From the NCBI GenBank assembly GCA_030390025.1, contig CM059433.1, positions 7,814,001-7,878,000 of the forward strand: DNA of 64,000 bases. The letters run 5' to 3'. The first letter of the stretch is position 1; every line of letters begins with the position of its first letter. Positions 51,101-64,000 of this stretch are shown here, one piece after another. The position numbers and the translations under genes are program-made. The stretch comes from Squalus acanthias (lineage: Eukaryota). The notes below the pieces were generated by a model, which did not search any database, was not told the DNA's origin, and saw only the letters and a program-made list of their open reading frames with translations.

Positions 51101-54100
51101 ACACTCAGTGTGAAGGGTGTTCATTCCACAGGACACTCAGTGTGAAGGGTGTTCATTCCACAGGACACTCAGTGTGAAGGGTGTTCATTCCACAGGACAC
51201 TCAGTGTGAAGGGTGTTCATTCCACAGGACACTCAGTGTGAAGGGTGTTCATTCCACAGGACACTCAGTGTGAAGGGTGTTCATTCCACAGGACACTCAG
51301 TGTGAAGGGTGTTCATTCCACAGGACACTCACTGTGAAGGGTGTTCATTCCACAGGACACTCAGTGTGAAGGGTGTTCATTCCACAGGACACTCACTGTG
51401 AAGGGTGTTCATTCCACAGGACACTCACTGTGAAGCGTGTTCATTCCACAGGACACTCAGTGTGAAGGGTGTTCATTCCACAGGACACTCAGTGTGAAGG
51501 GTGTTCATTCCACAGGACACTCAGTGTGAAGGGTGTTCATTCCACAGGACACTCAGTGTGAAGGGTGTTCATTCCACAGGACACTCAGTGTGAAGGGTGT
51601 TCATTCCACAGGACACTCAGTGTGAAGGGTGTTCATTCCACAGGACACTCACTGTGAAGGGTGTTCATTCCACAGGACACTCAGTGTGAAGGGTGTTCAT
51701 TCCACAGGACACTCAGCTGTGAAGGGTGTTCATTCCACAGGACACTCAGTGTGAAGGGTGTTCATTCCACAGGACACTCAGTGTGAAGGGTGTTCATTCC
51801 ACAGGACACTCAGTGTGAAGGGTGTTCATTCCACAGGACACTCAGTGTGAAGGGTGTTCATTCCACAGGACACTCAGTGTGAAGGGTGTTCATTCCACAG
51901 GACACTCAGTGTGAAGGGTGTTCATTCCACAGGACACTCAGCTGTGAAGGGTGTTCATTCCACAGGACACTCAGTGTGAAGGGTGTTCATTCCACAGGAC
52001 ACTCAGTGTGAAGGGTGTTCATTCCACAGGACACTCAGTGTGAAGGGTGTTCATTCCACAGGACACTCAGTGTGAAGGGTGTTCATTCCACAGGACACTC
52101 AGTGTGAAGGGTGTTCATTCCACAGGACACTCAGTGTGAAGGGTGTTCATTCCACAGGACACTCAGTGTGAAGGGTGTTCATTCCACAGGACACTCAGTG
52201 TGAAGGGTGTTCATTCCACAGGACACTCACTGTGAAGGGTGTTCATTCCACAGGACACTCAGTGTGAAGGGTGTTCATTCCACAGGACACTCAGTGTGAA
52301 GGGTGTTCATTCCACAGGACACTCAGTGTGAAGGGTGTTCATTCCACAGGACACTCAGTGTGAAGGGTGTTCATTCCACAGGACACTCAGTGTGAAGGGT
52401 GTTCATTCCACAGGACACTCAGTGTGAAGGGTGTTCATTCCACAGGACACTCAGTGTGAAGGGTGTTCATTCCACAGGACACTCAGTGTGAAGGGTGTTC
52501 ATTCCACAGGACACTCAGTGTGAAGGGTGTTCATTCCACAGGACACTCAGTGTGAAGGGTGTTCATTCCACAGGACACTCAGTGTGAAGGGTGTTCATTC
52601 CACAGGACACTCAGTGTGAAGGGTGTTCATTCCACAGGACACTCAGTGTGAAGGGTGTTCATTCCACAGGACACTCAGTGTGAAGGGTGTTCATTCCACA
52701 GGACACTCAGTGTGAAGGGTGTTCATTCCACAGGACACTCAGTGTGAAGGGTGTTCATTCCACAGGACACTCAGTGTGAAGGGTGTTCATTCCACAGGAC
52801 ACTCAGTGTGAAGGGTGTTCATTCCACAGGACACTCAGTGTGAAGGGTGTTCATTCCACAGGACACTCAGTGTGAAGGGTGTTCATTCCACAGGACACTC
52901 AGTGTGAAGGGTGTTCATTCCACAGGACACTCAGTGTGAAGGGTGTTCATTCCACAGGACACTCAGTGTGAAGGGTGTTCATTCCACAGGACACTCAGTG
53001 TGAAGGGTGTTCATTCCACAGGACACTCAGTGTGAAGGGTGTTCATTCCACAGGACACTCAGTGTGAAGGGTGTTCATTCCACAGGACACTCAGTGTGAA
53101 GGGTGTTCATTCCACAGGACACTCAGTGTGAAGGGTGTTCATTCCACAGGACACTCAGTGTGAAGGGTGTTCATTCCACAGGACACTCAGTGTGAAGGGT
53201 GTTCATTCCACAGGACACTCAGTGTGAAGGGTGTTCATTCACAGGACACTCAGTGTGAAGGGTGTTCATTCCACAGGACACTCAGTGTGAAGGGTGTTCA
53301 TTCCACAGGACACTCAGTGTGAAGGGTGTTCATTCCACAGGACACTCAGTGTGAAGGGTGTTCATTCCACAGGACACTCAGTGTGAAGGGTGTTCATTCC
53401 ACAGGACACTCATGTGAAGGGTGTTCATTCCACAGGACACTCAGTGTGAAGGGTGTTCATTCCACAGGACACTCAGTGTGAAGGGTGTTCATTCCACAGG
53501 ACACTCAGTGTGAAGGGTGTTCATTCCACAGGACACTCAGTGTGAAGGGTGTTCATTCCACAGGACACTCACTGTGAAGGGTGTTCATTCCACAGGACAC
53601 TCAGTGTGAAGGGTGTTCATTCCACAGGACACTCAGTGTGAAGGGTGTTCATTCCACAGGACACTCAGTGTGAAGGGTGTTCATTCCACAGGACACTCAG
53701 TGTGAAGGGTGTTCATTCCACAGGACACTCAGTGTGAAGGGTGTTCATTCCACAGGACACTCAGTGTGAAGGGTGTTCATTCCACAGGACACTCAGTGTG
53801 AAGGGTGTTCATTCCACAGGACACTCACTGTGAAGGGTGTTCATTCCACAGGACACTCAGTGTGAAGGGTGTTCATTCCACAGGACACTCAGTGTGAAGG
53901 GTGTTCATTCCACAGGACACTCAGTGTGAAGGGTGTTCATTCCACAGGACACTCAGTGTGAAGGGTGTTCATTCCACAGGACACTCAGTGTGAAGGGTGT
54001 TCATTCCACAGGACACTCACTGTGAAGGGTGTTCATTCCACAGGACACTCAGTGTGAAGGGTGTTCATTCCACAGGACACTCAGTGTGAAGGGTGTTCAT

Positions 54101-57100
54101 TCCACAGGACACTCAGTGTGAAGGGTGTTCATTCCACAGGACACTCAGTGTGAAGGGTGTTCATTCCACAGGACACTCAGTGTGAAGGGTGTTCATTCCA
54201 CAGGACACTCAGTGTGAAGGGTGTTCATTCCACAGGACACTCAGTGTGAAGGGTGTTCATTCCACAGGACACTCAGTGTGAAGGGTGTTCATTCCACAGG
54301 ACACTCAGTGTGAAGGGTGTTCATTCCACAGGACACTCACTGTGAAGGGTGTTCATTCCACAGGACACTCAGTGTGAAGGGTGTTCATTCCACAGGACAC
54401 TCAGTGTGAAGGGTGTTCATTCCACAGGACACTCAGTGTGAAGGGTGTTCATTCCACAGGACACTCAGTGTGAAGGGTGTTCATTCCACAGGACACTCAG
54501 TGTGAAGGGTGTTCATTCCACAGGACACTCAGTGTGAAGGGTGTTCATTCCACAGGACACTCAGTGTGAAGGGTGTTCATTCCACAGGACACTCAGTGTG
54601 AAGGGTGTTCATTCCACAGGACACTCAGTGTGAAGGGTGTTCATTCCACAGGACACTCAGTGTGAAGGGTGTTCATTCCACAGGACACTCAGTGTGAAGG
54701 GTGTTCATTCCACAGGACACTCAGTGTGAAGGGTGTTCATTCCACAGGACACTCAGTGTGAAGGGTGTTCATTCCACAGGACACTCACTGTGAAGGGTGT
54801 TCATTCCACAGGACACTCAGTGTGAAGGGTGTTCATTCCACAGGACACTCAGTGTGAAGGGTGTTCATTCCACAGGACACTCAGTGTGAAGGGTGTTCAT
54901 TCCACAGGACACTCAGTGTGAAGGGTGTTCATTCCACAGGACACTCAGTGTGAAGGGTGTTCATTCCACAGGACACTCAGTGTGAAGGGTGTTCATTCCA
55001 CAGGACACTCAGTGTGAAGGGTGTTCATTCCACAGGACACTCAGTGTGAAGGGTGTTCATTCCACAGGACACTCACTGTGAAGGGTGTTCATTCCACAGG
55101 ACACTCACTGTGAAGGGTGTTCATTCCACAGGACACTCAGTGTGAAGGGTGTTCATTCCACAGGACACTCAGTGTGAAGGGTGTTCATTCCACAGGACAC
55201 TCAGTGTGAAGGGTGTTCATTCCACAGGACACTCAGTGTGAAGGGTGTTCATTCCACAGGACACTCAGTGTGAAGGGTGTTCATTCCACAGGACACTCAC
55301 TGTGAAGGGTGTTCATTCCACAGGACACTCAGTGTGAAGGGTGTTCATTCCACAGGACACTCAGTGTGAAGGGTGTTCATTCCACAGGACACTCAGTGTG
55401 AAGGGTGTTCATTCCACAGGACACTCAGTGTGAAGGGTGTTCATTCCACAGGACACTCAGTGTGAAGGGTGTTCATTCCACAGGACACTCAGTGTGAAGG
55501 GTGTTCATTCCACAGGACACTCAGTGTGAAGGGTGTTCATTCCACAGGACACTCAGTGTGAAGGGTGTTCATTCCACAGGACACTCACTGTGAAGGGTGT
55601 TCATTCCACAGGACACTCAGTGTGAAGGGTGTTCATTCCACAGGACACTCAGTGTGAAGGGTGTTCATTCCACAGGACACTCAGTGTGAAGGGTGTTCAT
55701 TCCACAGGACACTCAGTGTGAAGGGTGTTCATTCCACAGGACACTCAGTGTGAAGGGTGTTCATTCCACAGGACACTCAGTGTGAAGGGTGTTCATTCCA
55801 CAGGACACTCAGTGTGAAGGGTGTTCATTCCACAGGACACTCAGTGTGAAGGGTGTTCATTCCACAGGACACTCAGTGTGAAGGGTGTTCATTCCACAGG
55901 ACACTCACTGTGAAGGGTGTTCATTCCACAGGACACTCAGTGTGAAGGGTGTTCATTCCACAGGACACTCAGTGTGAAGGGTGTTCATTCCACAGGACAC
56001 TCAGTGTGAAGGGTGTTCATTCCACAGGACACTCAGTGTGAAGGGTGTTCATTCCACAGGACACTCAGTGTGAAGGGTGTTCATTCCACAGGACACTCAG
56101 TGTGAAGGGTGTTCATTCCACAGGACACTCAGTGTGAAGGGTGTTCATTCCACAGGACACTCAGTGTGAAGGGTGTTCATTCCACAGGACACTCAGTGTG
56201 AAGGGTGTTCATTCCACAGGACACTCAGTGTGAAGGGTGTTCATTCCACAGGACACTCAGTGTGAAGGGTGTTCATTCCACAGGACACTCAGTGTGAAGG
56301 GTGTTCATTCCACAGGACACTCAGTGTGAAGGGTGTTCATTCCACAGGACACTCACTGTGAAGGGTGTTCATTCCACAGGACACTCAGTGTGAAGGGTGT
56401 TCATTCCACAGGACACTCAGTGTGAAGGGTGTTCATTCCACAGGACACTCAGTGTGAAGGGTGTTCATTCCACAGGACACTCACTGTGAAGGGTGTTCAT
56501 TCCACAGGACACTCAGTGTGAAGGGTGTTCATTCCACAGGACACTCAGTGTGAAGGGTGTTCATTCCACAGGACACTCAGTGTGAAGGGTGTTCATTCCA
56601 CAGGACACTCAGTGTGAAGGGTGTTCATTCCACAGGACACTCAGTGTGAAGGGTGTTCATTCCACAGGACACTCAGTGTGAAGGGTGTTCATTCCACAGG
56701 ACACTCAGTGTGAAGGGTGTTCATTCCACAGGACACTCAGTGTGAAGGGTGTTCATTCCACAGGACACTCAGTGTGAAGGGTGTTCATTCCACAGGACAC
56801 TCACGTGTGAAGGGTGTTCATTCCACAGGACACTCAGTGTGAAGGGTGTTCATTCCACAGGACACTCAGTGTGAAGGGTGTTCATTCCACAGGACACTCA
56901 CTGTGAAGGGTGTTCATTCCACAGGACACTCAGTGTGAAGGGTGTTCATTCCACAGGACACTCAGTGTGAAGGGTGTTCATTCCACAGGACACTCAGTGT
57001 GAAGGGTGTTCATTCCACAGGACACTCAGTGTGAAGGGTGTTCATTCCACAGGACACTCAGCTGTGAAGGGTGTTCATTCCACAGGACACTCAGTGTGAA

Positions 57101-60100
57101 GGGTGTTCATTCCACAGGACACTCACTGTGAAGGGTGTTCATTCCACAGGACACTCAGTGTGAAGGGTGTTCATTCCACAGGACACTCAGTGTGAAGGGT
57201 GTTCATTCCACAGGACACTCAGTGTGAAGGGTGTTCATTCCACAGGACACTCAGTGTGAAGGGTTTTCATTCCACAGGACACTCAGTGTGAAGGGTGTTC
57301 ATTCACAGGACACTCAGTGTGAAGGGTGTTCATTCCACAGGACACTCAGTGTGAAGGGTGTTCATTCCACAGGACACTCAGTGTGAAGGGTGTTCATTCC
57401 ACAGGACACTCAGTGTGAAGGGTGTTCATTCCACAGGACACTCACTGTGAAGGGTGTTCATTCCACAGGACACTCAGTGTGAAGGGTGTTCATTCCACAG
57501 GACACTCAGTGTGAAGGGTGTTCATTCCACAGGACACTCAGTGTGAAGGGTGTTCATTCCACAGGACACTCAGTGTGAAGGGTGTTCATTCCACAGGACA
57601 CTCAGTGTGAAGGGTGTTCATTCCACAGGACACTCAGTGTGAAGGGTGTTCATTCCACAGGACACTCAGTGTGAAGGGTGTTCATTCCACAGGACACTCA
57701 GTGTGAAGGGTGTTCATTCCACAGGACACTCAGTGTGAAGGGTGTTCATTCCACAGGACACTCAGTGTGAAGGGTGTTCATTCCACAGGACACTCAGTGT
57801 GAAGGGTGTTCATTCCACAGGACACTCAGTGTGAAGGGTGTTCATTCCACAGGACACTCAGTGTGAAGGGTGTTCATTCCACAGGACACTCAGTGTGAAG
57901 GGTGTTCATTCCACAGGACACTCACTGTGAAGGGTGTTCATTCCACAGGACACTCAGTGTGAAGGGTGTTCATTCCACAGGACACTCAGTGTGAAGGGTG
58001 TTCATTCCACAGGACACTCAGTGTGAAGGGTGTTCATTCCACAGGACACTCACTGTGAAGGGTGTTCATTCCACAGGACACTCAGTGTGAAGGGTGTTCA
58101 TTCCACAGGACACTCAGTGTGAAGGGTGTTCATTCCACAGGACACTCAGTGTGAAGGGTGTTCATTCCACAGGACACTCAGTGTGAAGGGTGTTCATTCC
58201 ACAGGACACTCAGTGTGAAGGGTGTTCATTCCACAGGACACTCAGTGTGAAGGGTGTTCATTCCACAGGACACTCAGTGTGAAGGGTGTTCATTCCACAG
58301 GACACTCAGTGTGAAGGGTGTTCATTCCACAGGACACTCAGTGTGAAGGGTGTTCATTCCACAGGACACTCAGTGTGAAGGGTGTTCATTCCACAGGACA
58401 CTCACTGTGAAGGGTGTTCATTCCACAGGACACTCAGTGTGAAGGGTGTTCATTCCACAGGACACTCAGTGTGAAGGGTGTTCATTCCACAGGACACTCA
58501 GTGTGAAGGGTGTTCATTCCACAGGACACTCAGTGTGAAGGGTGTTCATTCCACAGGACACTCAGTGTGAAGGGTGTTCATTCCACAGGACACTCAGTGT
58601 GAAGGGTGTTCATTCCACAGGACACTCAGTGTGAAGGGTGTTCATTCCACAGGACACTCAGTGTGAAGGGTGTTCATTCCACAGGACACTCAGTGTGAAG
58701 GGTGTTCATTCCACAGGACACTCAGTGTGAAGGGTGTTCATTCCACAGGACACTCAGTGTGAAGGGTGTTCATTCCACAGGACACTCACTGTGAAGGGTG
58801 TTCATTCCACAGGACACTCACTGTGAAGGGTGTTCATTCCACAGGACACTCAGTGTGAAGGGTGTTCATTCCACAGGACACTCAGTGTGAAGGGTGTTCA
58901 TTCCACAGGACACTCAGTGTGAAGGGTGTTCATTCCACAGGACACTCAGTGTGAAGGGTGTTCATTCCACAGGACACTCACTGTGAAGGGTGTTCATTCC
59001 ACAGGACACTCAGTGTGAAGGGTGTTCATTCCACAGGACACTCAGTGTGAAGGGTGTTCATTCCACAGGACACTCAGTGTGAAGGGTGTTCATTCCACAG
59101 GACACTCACTGTGAAGGGTGTTCATTCCACAGGACACTCAGTGTGAAGGGTGTTCATTCCACAGGACACTCAGTGTGAAGGGTGTTCATTCCACAGGACA
59201 CTCAGTGTGAAGGGTGTTCATTCCACAGGACACTCAGTGTGAAGGGTGTTCATTCCACAGGACACTCAGTGTGAAGGGTGTTCATTCCACAGGACACTCA
59301 CTGTGAAGGGTGTTCATTCCACAGGACACTCAGTGTGAAGGGTGTTCATTCCACAGGACACTCAGTGTGAAGGGTGTTCATTCCACAGGACACTCAGTGT
59401 GAAGGGTGTTCATTCCACAGGACACTCAGTGTGAAGGGTGTTCATTCCACAGGACACTCAGTGTGAAGGGTGTTCATTCCACAGGACACTCAGTGTGAAG
59501 GGTGTTCATTCCACAGGACACTCAGTGTGAAGGGTGTTCATTCCACAGGACACTCAGTGTGAAGGGTGTTCATTCCACAGGACACTCACTGTGAAGGGTG
59601 TTCATTCCACAGGACACTCAGTGTGAAGGGTGTTCATTCCACAGGACACTCAGTGTGAAGGGTGTTCATTCCACAGGACACTCAGTGTGAAGGGTGTTCA
59701 TTCCACAGGACACTCAGTGTGAAGGGTGTTCATTCCACAGGACACTCAGTGTGAAGGGTGTTCATTCCACAGGACACTCAGTGTGAAGGGTGTTCATTCC
59801 ACAGGACACTCAGTGTGAAGGGTGTTCATTCCACAGGACACTCAGTGTGAAGGGTGTTCATTCCACAGGACACTCACTGTGAAGGGTGTTCATTCCACAG
59901 GACACTCAGTGTGAAGGGTGTTCATTCCACAGGACACTCAGTGTGAAGGGTGTTCATTCCACAGGACACTCAGTGTGAAGGGTGTTCATTCCACAGGACA
60001 CTCAGTGTGAAGGGTGTTCATTCCACAGGACACTCAGTGTGAAGGGTGTTCATTCCACAGGACACTCATGTGAAGGGTGTTCATTCCACAGGACACTCAG

Positions 60101-63100
60101 TGTGAAGGGTGTTCATTCCACAGGACACTCAGTGTGAAGGGTGTTCATTCCACAGGACACTCAGTGTGAAGGGTGTTCATTCCACAGGACACTCAGTGTG
60201 AAGGGTGTTCATTCCACAGGACACTCAGTGTGAAGGGTGTTCATTCCACAGGACACTCACTGTGAAGCGTGTTCATTCCACAGGACACTCAGTGTGAAGG
60301 GTGTTCATTCCACAGGACACTCAGTGCGAAGGGTTTTCATTCCACAGGACACTCAGTGTGAAGGGTGTTCATTCCACAGGACACTCAGTGTGAAGGGTGT
60401 TCATTCCACAGGACACTCAGTGTGAAGGGTGTTCATTCCACAGGACACTCAGTGTGAAGGGTGTTCATTCCACAGGACACTCAGTGTGAAGGGTATTCAT
60501 TCCACAGGACACTCACTGTGAAGCGTGTTCATTCCACAGGACACTCACTGTGAAGCGTGTTCATTCCACAGGACACTCAGTGTGAAGGGTGTTGATTCCA
60601 CAGGACACTCACTGAAAAGGGTGTTCATTCCACAGGACACTCAGTGTGACTGGTGTTCATTCCACAGGACACTCAGTGTGAAGGGTGTTCATTCCACAGG
60701 ACTTTCAGTGTGAAGGGTGTTCATTCCACAGGACATTCACTGTGAAGGGTGTTCATTCCACAGGACACTCAGTGTGAAGGGTGTTCGTTCCACAGGACAC
60801 TCAGTGTGAAGGGTGTTCATTCCACATCACACTCAGTGTGAAGGGTGTTCATTCCACAGGACACTCAGTGTGAAGGGTGTTCATTTCACAGGACACTCAC
60901 TGTGAAGCGTGTTCATTCCACAGGACACTCAGTGTGGAGGGTGTTCATTACATGGACACTCAGTGTGACTTGTTTTCATTCCACAGGACACTCAGTGTGA
61001 AGGGTGTTCATTCCACAGGACACTCAGTGTGAAGGGTGTTCATTCCACAGGACACTCACTGTGAAGGGTGTTCATTCCACAGGACACTCAGTGTGAAGGG
61101 TGTTCATTCCACAGGACACTCAGTGTGAAGGGTGTTCATTCCACAGGACACTCAGTGTGAAGGGTGTTCATCCACAGGACACTCAGTGTGAAGGGTGTTC
61201 ATTCCACAGGACACTCAGTGTGAAGGGTGTTCATTCCCCAGGACACTCAGTGTGAAGGGATTTTATTCCACAGGACACTCAGTGTGAAGGGTGTTCATTC
61301 CACAGGACACTCAGTGTGAAGGGTTTTTATTCCACAGGACACTCAGTGTGAAGGGTGTTCATTCCACAGGACACTCAGTGTGAAGGGTGTTCATTCCACA
61401 GGACACTCAGTGTGAAGGGTGTTCATTCCACAGGACACTCACTGTGAAGGGTTTTCATTCCACAGGACACTCAGTGTGAAGGGTGTTCATTCCACAGGAC
61501 ACTCACTGAAAGGGTGTTCATTCCACAGGACACTTACTGTGAAGCGTGTTCATTCCACAGGACACTCACTGAAAAGGGTATTCATTCCACAGGACACTCA
61601 GTGTGAAGGAGTTCATTCCACAGGACATCAGTGTGAAGGGTGTTCATTCCACAGGACACTCAGTGTGAAGGGTGTTCATTCACAGGACACTCACTGTGAA
61701 GGGTGTTCATTCCACAGGACACTCACTGAAAGGGTGTTCATTCCACAGGACACTTACTGTGAAGCGTGTTCATTCCACAGGACACTAGTGTGAAGCGTGT
61801 TCATTCCACAGGACACTCACTGAAAAGGGTGTTCATTCCACAGGACACTACTGTGAAGCGTGTTCATTCCACAGGACACTCACTGAAAAGGGTATTCATT
61901 CCACAGGACACTCAGTGTGAAGGGTGATCATTCCACAGGACACTCAGTGTGAAGGGTGTTCATTCCACAGGACACTCAGTGTGAAGGGTGTTCATTCCAC
62001 AGGACACTCAGTGTGAAGGGTGTTCATTCCACAGGACACTCACTGTGAAGGGTGTTCATTCCACAGGACACTCACTGTGAAGGTGTTCATTCCACAGGAC
62101 ACTCAGTGTGAAGGGTGTTCATTCCACAGGACACTCAGTGTGAAGGGTGTTCATTCCACAGGACACTCAGTGTGAAGGGTGTTCATTCCACAGGACACTC
62201 AGTGTGAAGGGTGTTCATTCCACAGGACACTCAGTGTGAAGGGTGTTCATTCCACAGGACACTCAGTGTGAAGGGTGTTCATTCCACAGGACACTCACTG
62301 TGAAGGGTGTTCATTCCACAGGACACTCACTGTGAAGGTGTTAATTCCACAGGACACTCACTGTGAAGGGTGTTCATTCCACAGGACACTCAGTGTGAAG
62401 GGTATTCATTCCACAGGACACTCAGTGTGAAGGGTGTTCATTCCACAGGACACTCAGTGTGAAGGGTGTTCATTCCACAGGACACTCAGTGTGAAGGGTG
62501 TTCATTCCACAGGACACTCACTGTGAAGGGTGTTCATTCCACAGGACACTCAGTGTGAAGGGTGTTCATTCCACAGGACACTCAGTGTGAAGGGTGTTCA
62601 TTCCACAGGACACTCAGTGTGAAGGGTGTTCATTCCACAGGACACTCAGTGTGAAGGGTGTTCATTCCACAGGACACTCAGTGTGAAGGGTGTTCATTCC
62701 ACAGGACACTCAGTGTGAAGGGTGTTCATTCCACAGGACACTCAGTGTGAAGGGTGTTCATTCCACAGGACACTCAGTGTGAAGGGTGTTCATTCCACAG
62801 GACACTCAGTGTGAAGGGTGTTCATTCCACAGGACACTCAGTGTGAAGGGTGTTCATTCCACAGGACACTCAGTGTGAAGGGTGTTCATTCCACAGGACA
62901 CTCAGTGTGAAGGGTGTTCATTCCACAGGACACTCAGTGTGAAGGGTGTTCATTCCACAGGACACTCAGTGTGAAGGGTGTTCATTCCACAGGACACTCA
63001 GTGTGAAGGGTGTTCATTCCACAGGACACTCAGTGTGAAGGGTGTTCATTCCACAGGACACTCAGTGTGAAGGGTGTTCATTCCACAGGACACTCAGTGT

Positions 63101-64000
63101 GAAGGGTGTTCATTCCACAGGACACTCAGTGTGAAGGGTGTTCATTCCACAGGACACTCAGTGTGAAGGGTGTTCATTCCACAGGACACTCAGTGTGAAG
63201 GGTGTTCATTCCACAGGACACTCAGTGTGAAGGGTGTTCATTCCACAGGACACTCAGTGTGAAGGGTGTTCATTCCACAGGACACTCAGTGTGAAGGGTG
63301 TTCATTCCACAGGACACTCAGTGTGAAGGGTGTTCATTCCACAGGACACTCAGTGTGAAGGGTGTTCATTCCACAGGACACTCAGTGTGAAGGGTGTTCA
63401 TTCCACAGGACACTCAGTGTGAAGGGTGTTCATTCCACAGGACACTCACTGTGAAGGGTGTTCATTCCACAGGACACTCAGTGTGAAGGGTGTTCATTCC
63501 ACAGGACACTCACTGTGAAGGGTGTTCATTCCACAGGACACTCAGTGTGAAGGGTGTTCATTCCACAGGACACTCACTGTGAAGGGTGTTCATTCCACAG
63601 GACACTCAGTGTGAAGGGTGTTCATTCCACAGGACACTCAGTGTGAAGGGTGTTCATTCCACAGGACACTCAGTGTGAAGGGTGTTCATTCCACAGGACA
63701 CTCAGTGTGAAGGGTGTTCATTCCACAGGACACTCAGTGTGAAGGGTGTTCATTCCACAGGACACTCAGTGTGAAGGGTGTTCATTCCACAGGACACTCA
63801 TGTGAAGGGTGTTCATTCCACAGGACACTCACTGTGAAGGTGTTCATTCCACAGGACACTCAGTGTGAAGGGTGTTCATTCCACAGGACACTCAGTGTGA
63901 AGGGTGTTCATTCCACAGGACACTCACTGTGAAGGTGTTCATTCCACAGGACACTCACTGTGAAGGGTGTTCATTCCACAGGACACTCAGTGTGAAGGGT
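21182..64000 (+). repeat. 32-bp satellite array, main segment (~1,340 monomers, continues past the window end)
   Basis: Uninterrupted head-to-tail monomers in one orientation. Variant-rich at 21182-41650 and 60230-62400, nearly pure consensus elsewhere. Confidence 0.99.

Noticed and set aside
21411..63932. Dozens of short ORFs (MFIPQDTQCEGCSFHRTL...) with CxxC and His residues resembling zinc fingers
   Set aside because: They are translations of the 32-bp satellite cycling through frames, mostly from GTG starts, open only where a variant removes TGA. Spacing does not fit C2H2.
6165..64000. CRISPR-like array (32-bp partly palindromic repeat)
   Set aside because: Monomers are head-to-tail with no unique spacers, no cas genes, and the context is vertebrate.

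Overview
Vertebrate genomic DNA, most likely a cartilaginous fish (inferred from a SacSINE1/DeuSINE-like SINE and CR1 LINEs with a (TTTCTATG)n tail). No host gene can be supported. Bases 1-6164 are non-coding with a CR1 fragment and a SINE. From 6165 to the window end lies an array of roughly 1,500 copies of a 32-bp monomer (GGACACTCAGTGTGAAGGGTGTTCATTCCACA). The array edge is interrupted by two near-identical PIF/Harbinger DNA transposons (6909-10091 and 14303-21181). Each has 12-bp TIRs, a TCA target duplication at the centre of the monomer's ACACTCAGTGT dyad, a DDE transposase on + and a convergent three-exon Myb/SANT gene on -. Shared flanking variants suggest one insertion that was later duplicated. 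Copy 1 has an internal deletion at a 6-bp microhomology. Copy 2 carries a nested, partly inverted CR1 LINE with twin-priming geometry, whose ORF1/ORF2 junction has an in-register T_TTA_AAC -1 frameshift heptamer. The very uniform array core may be partly an assembly consensus artefact.
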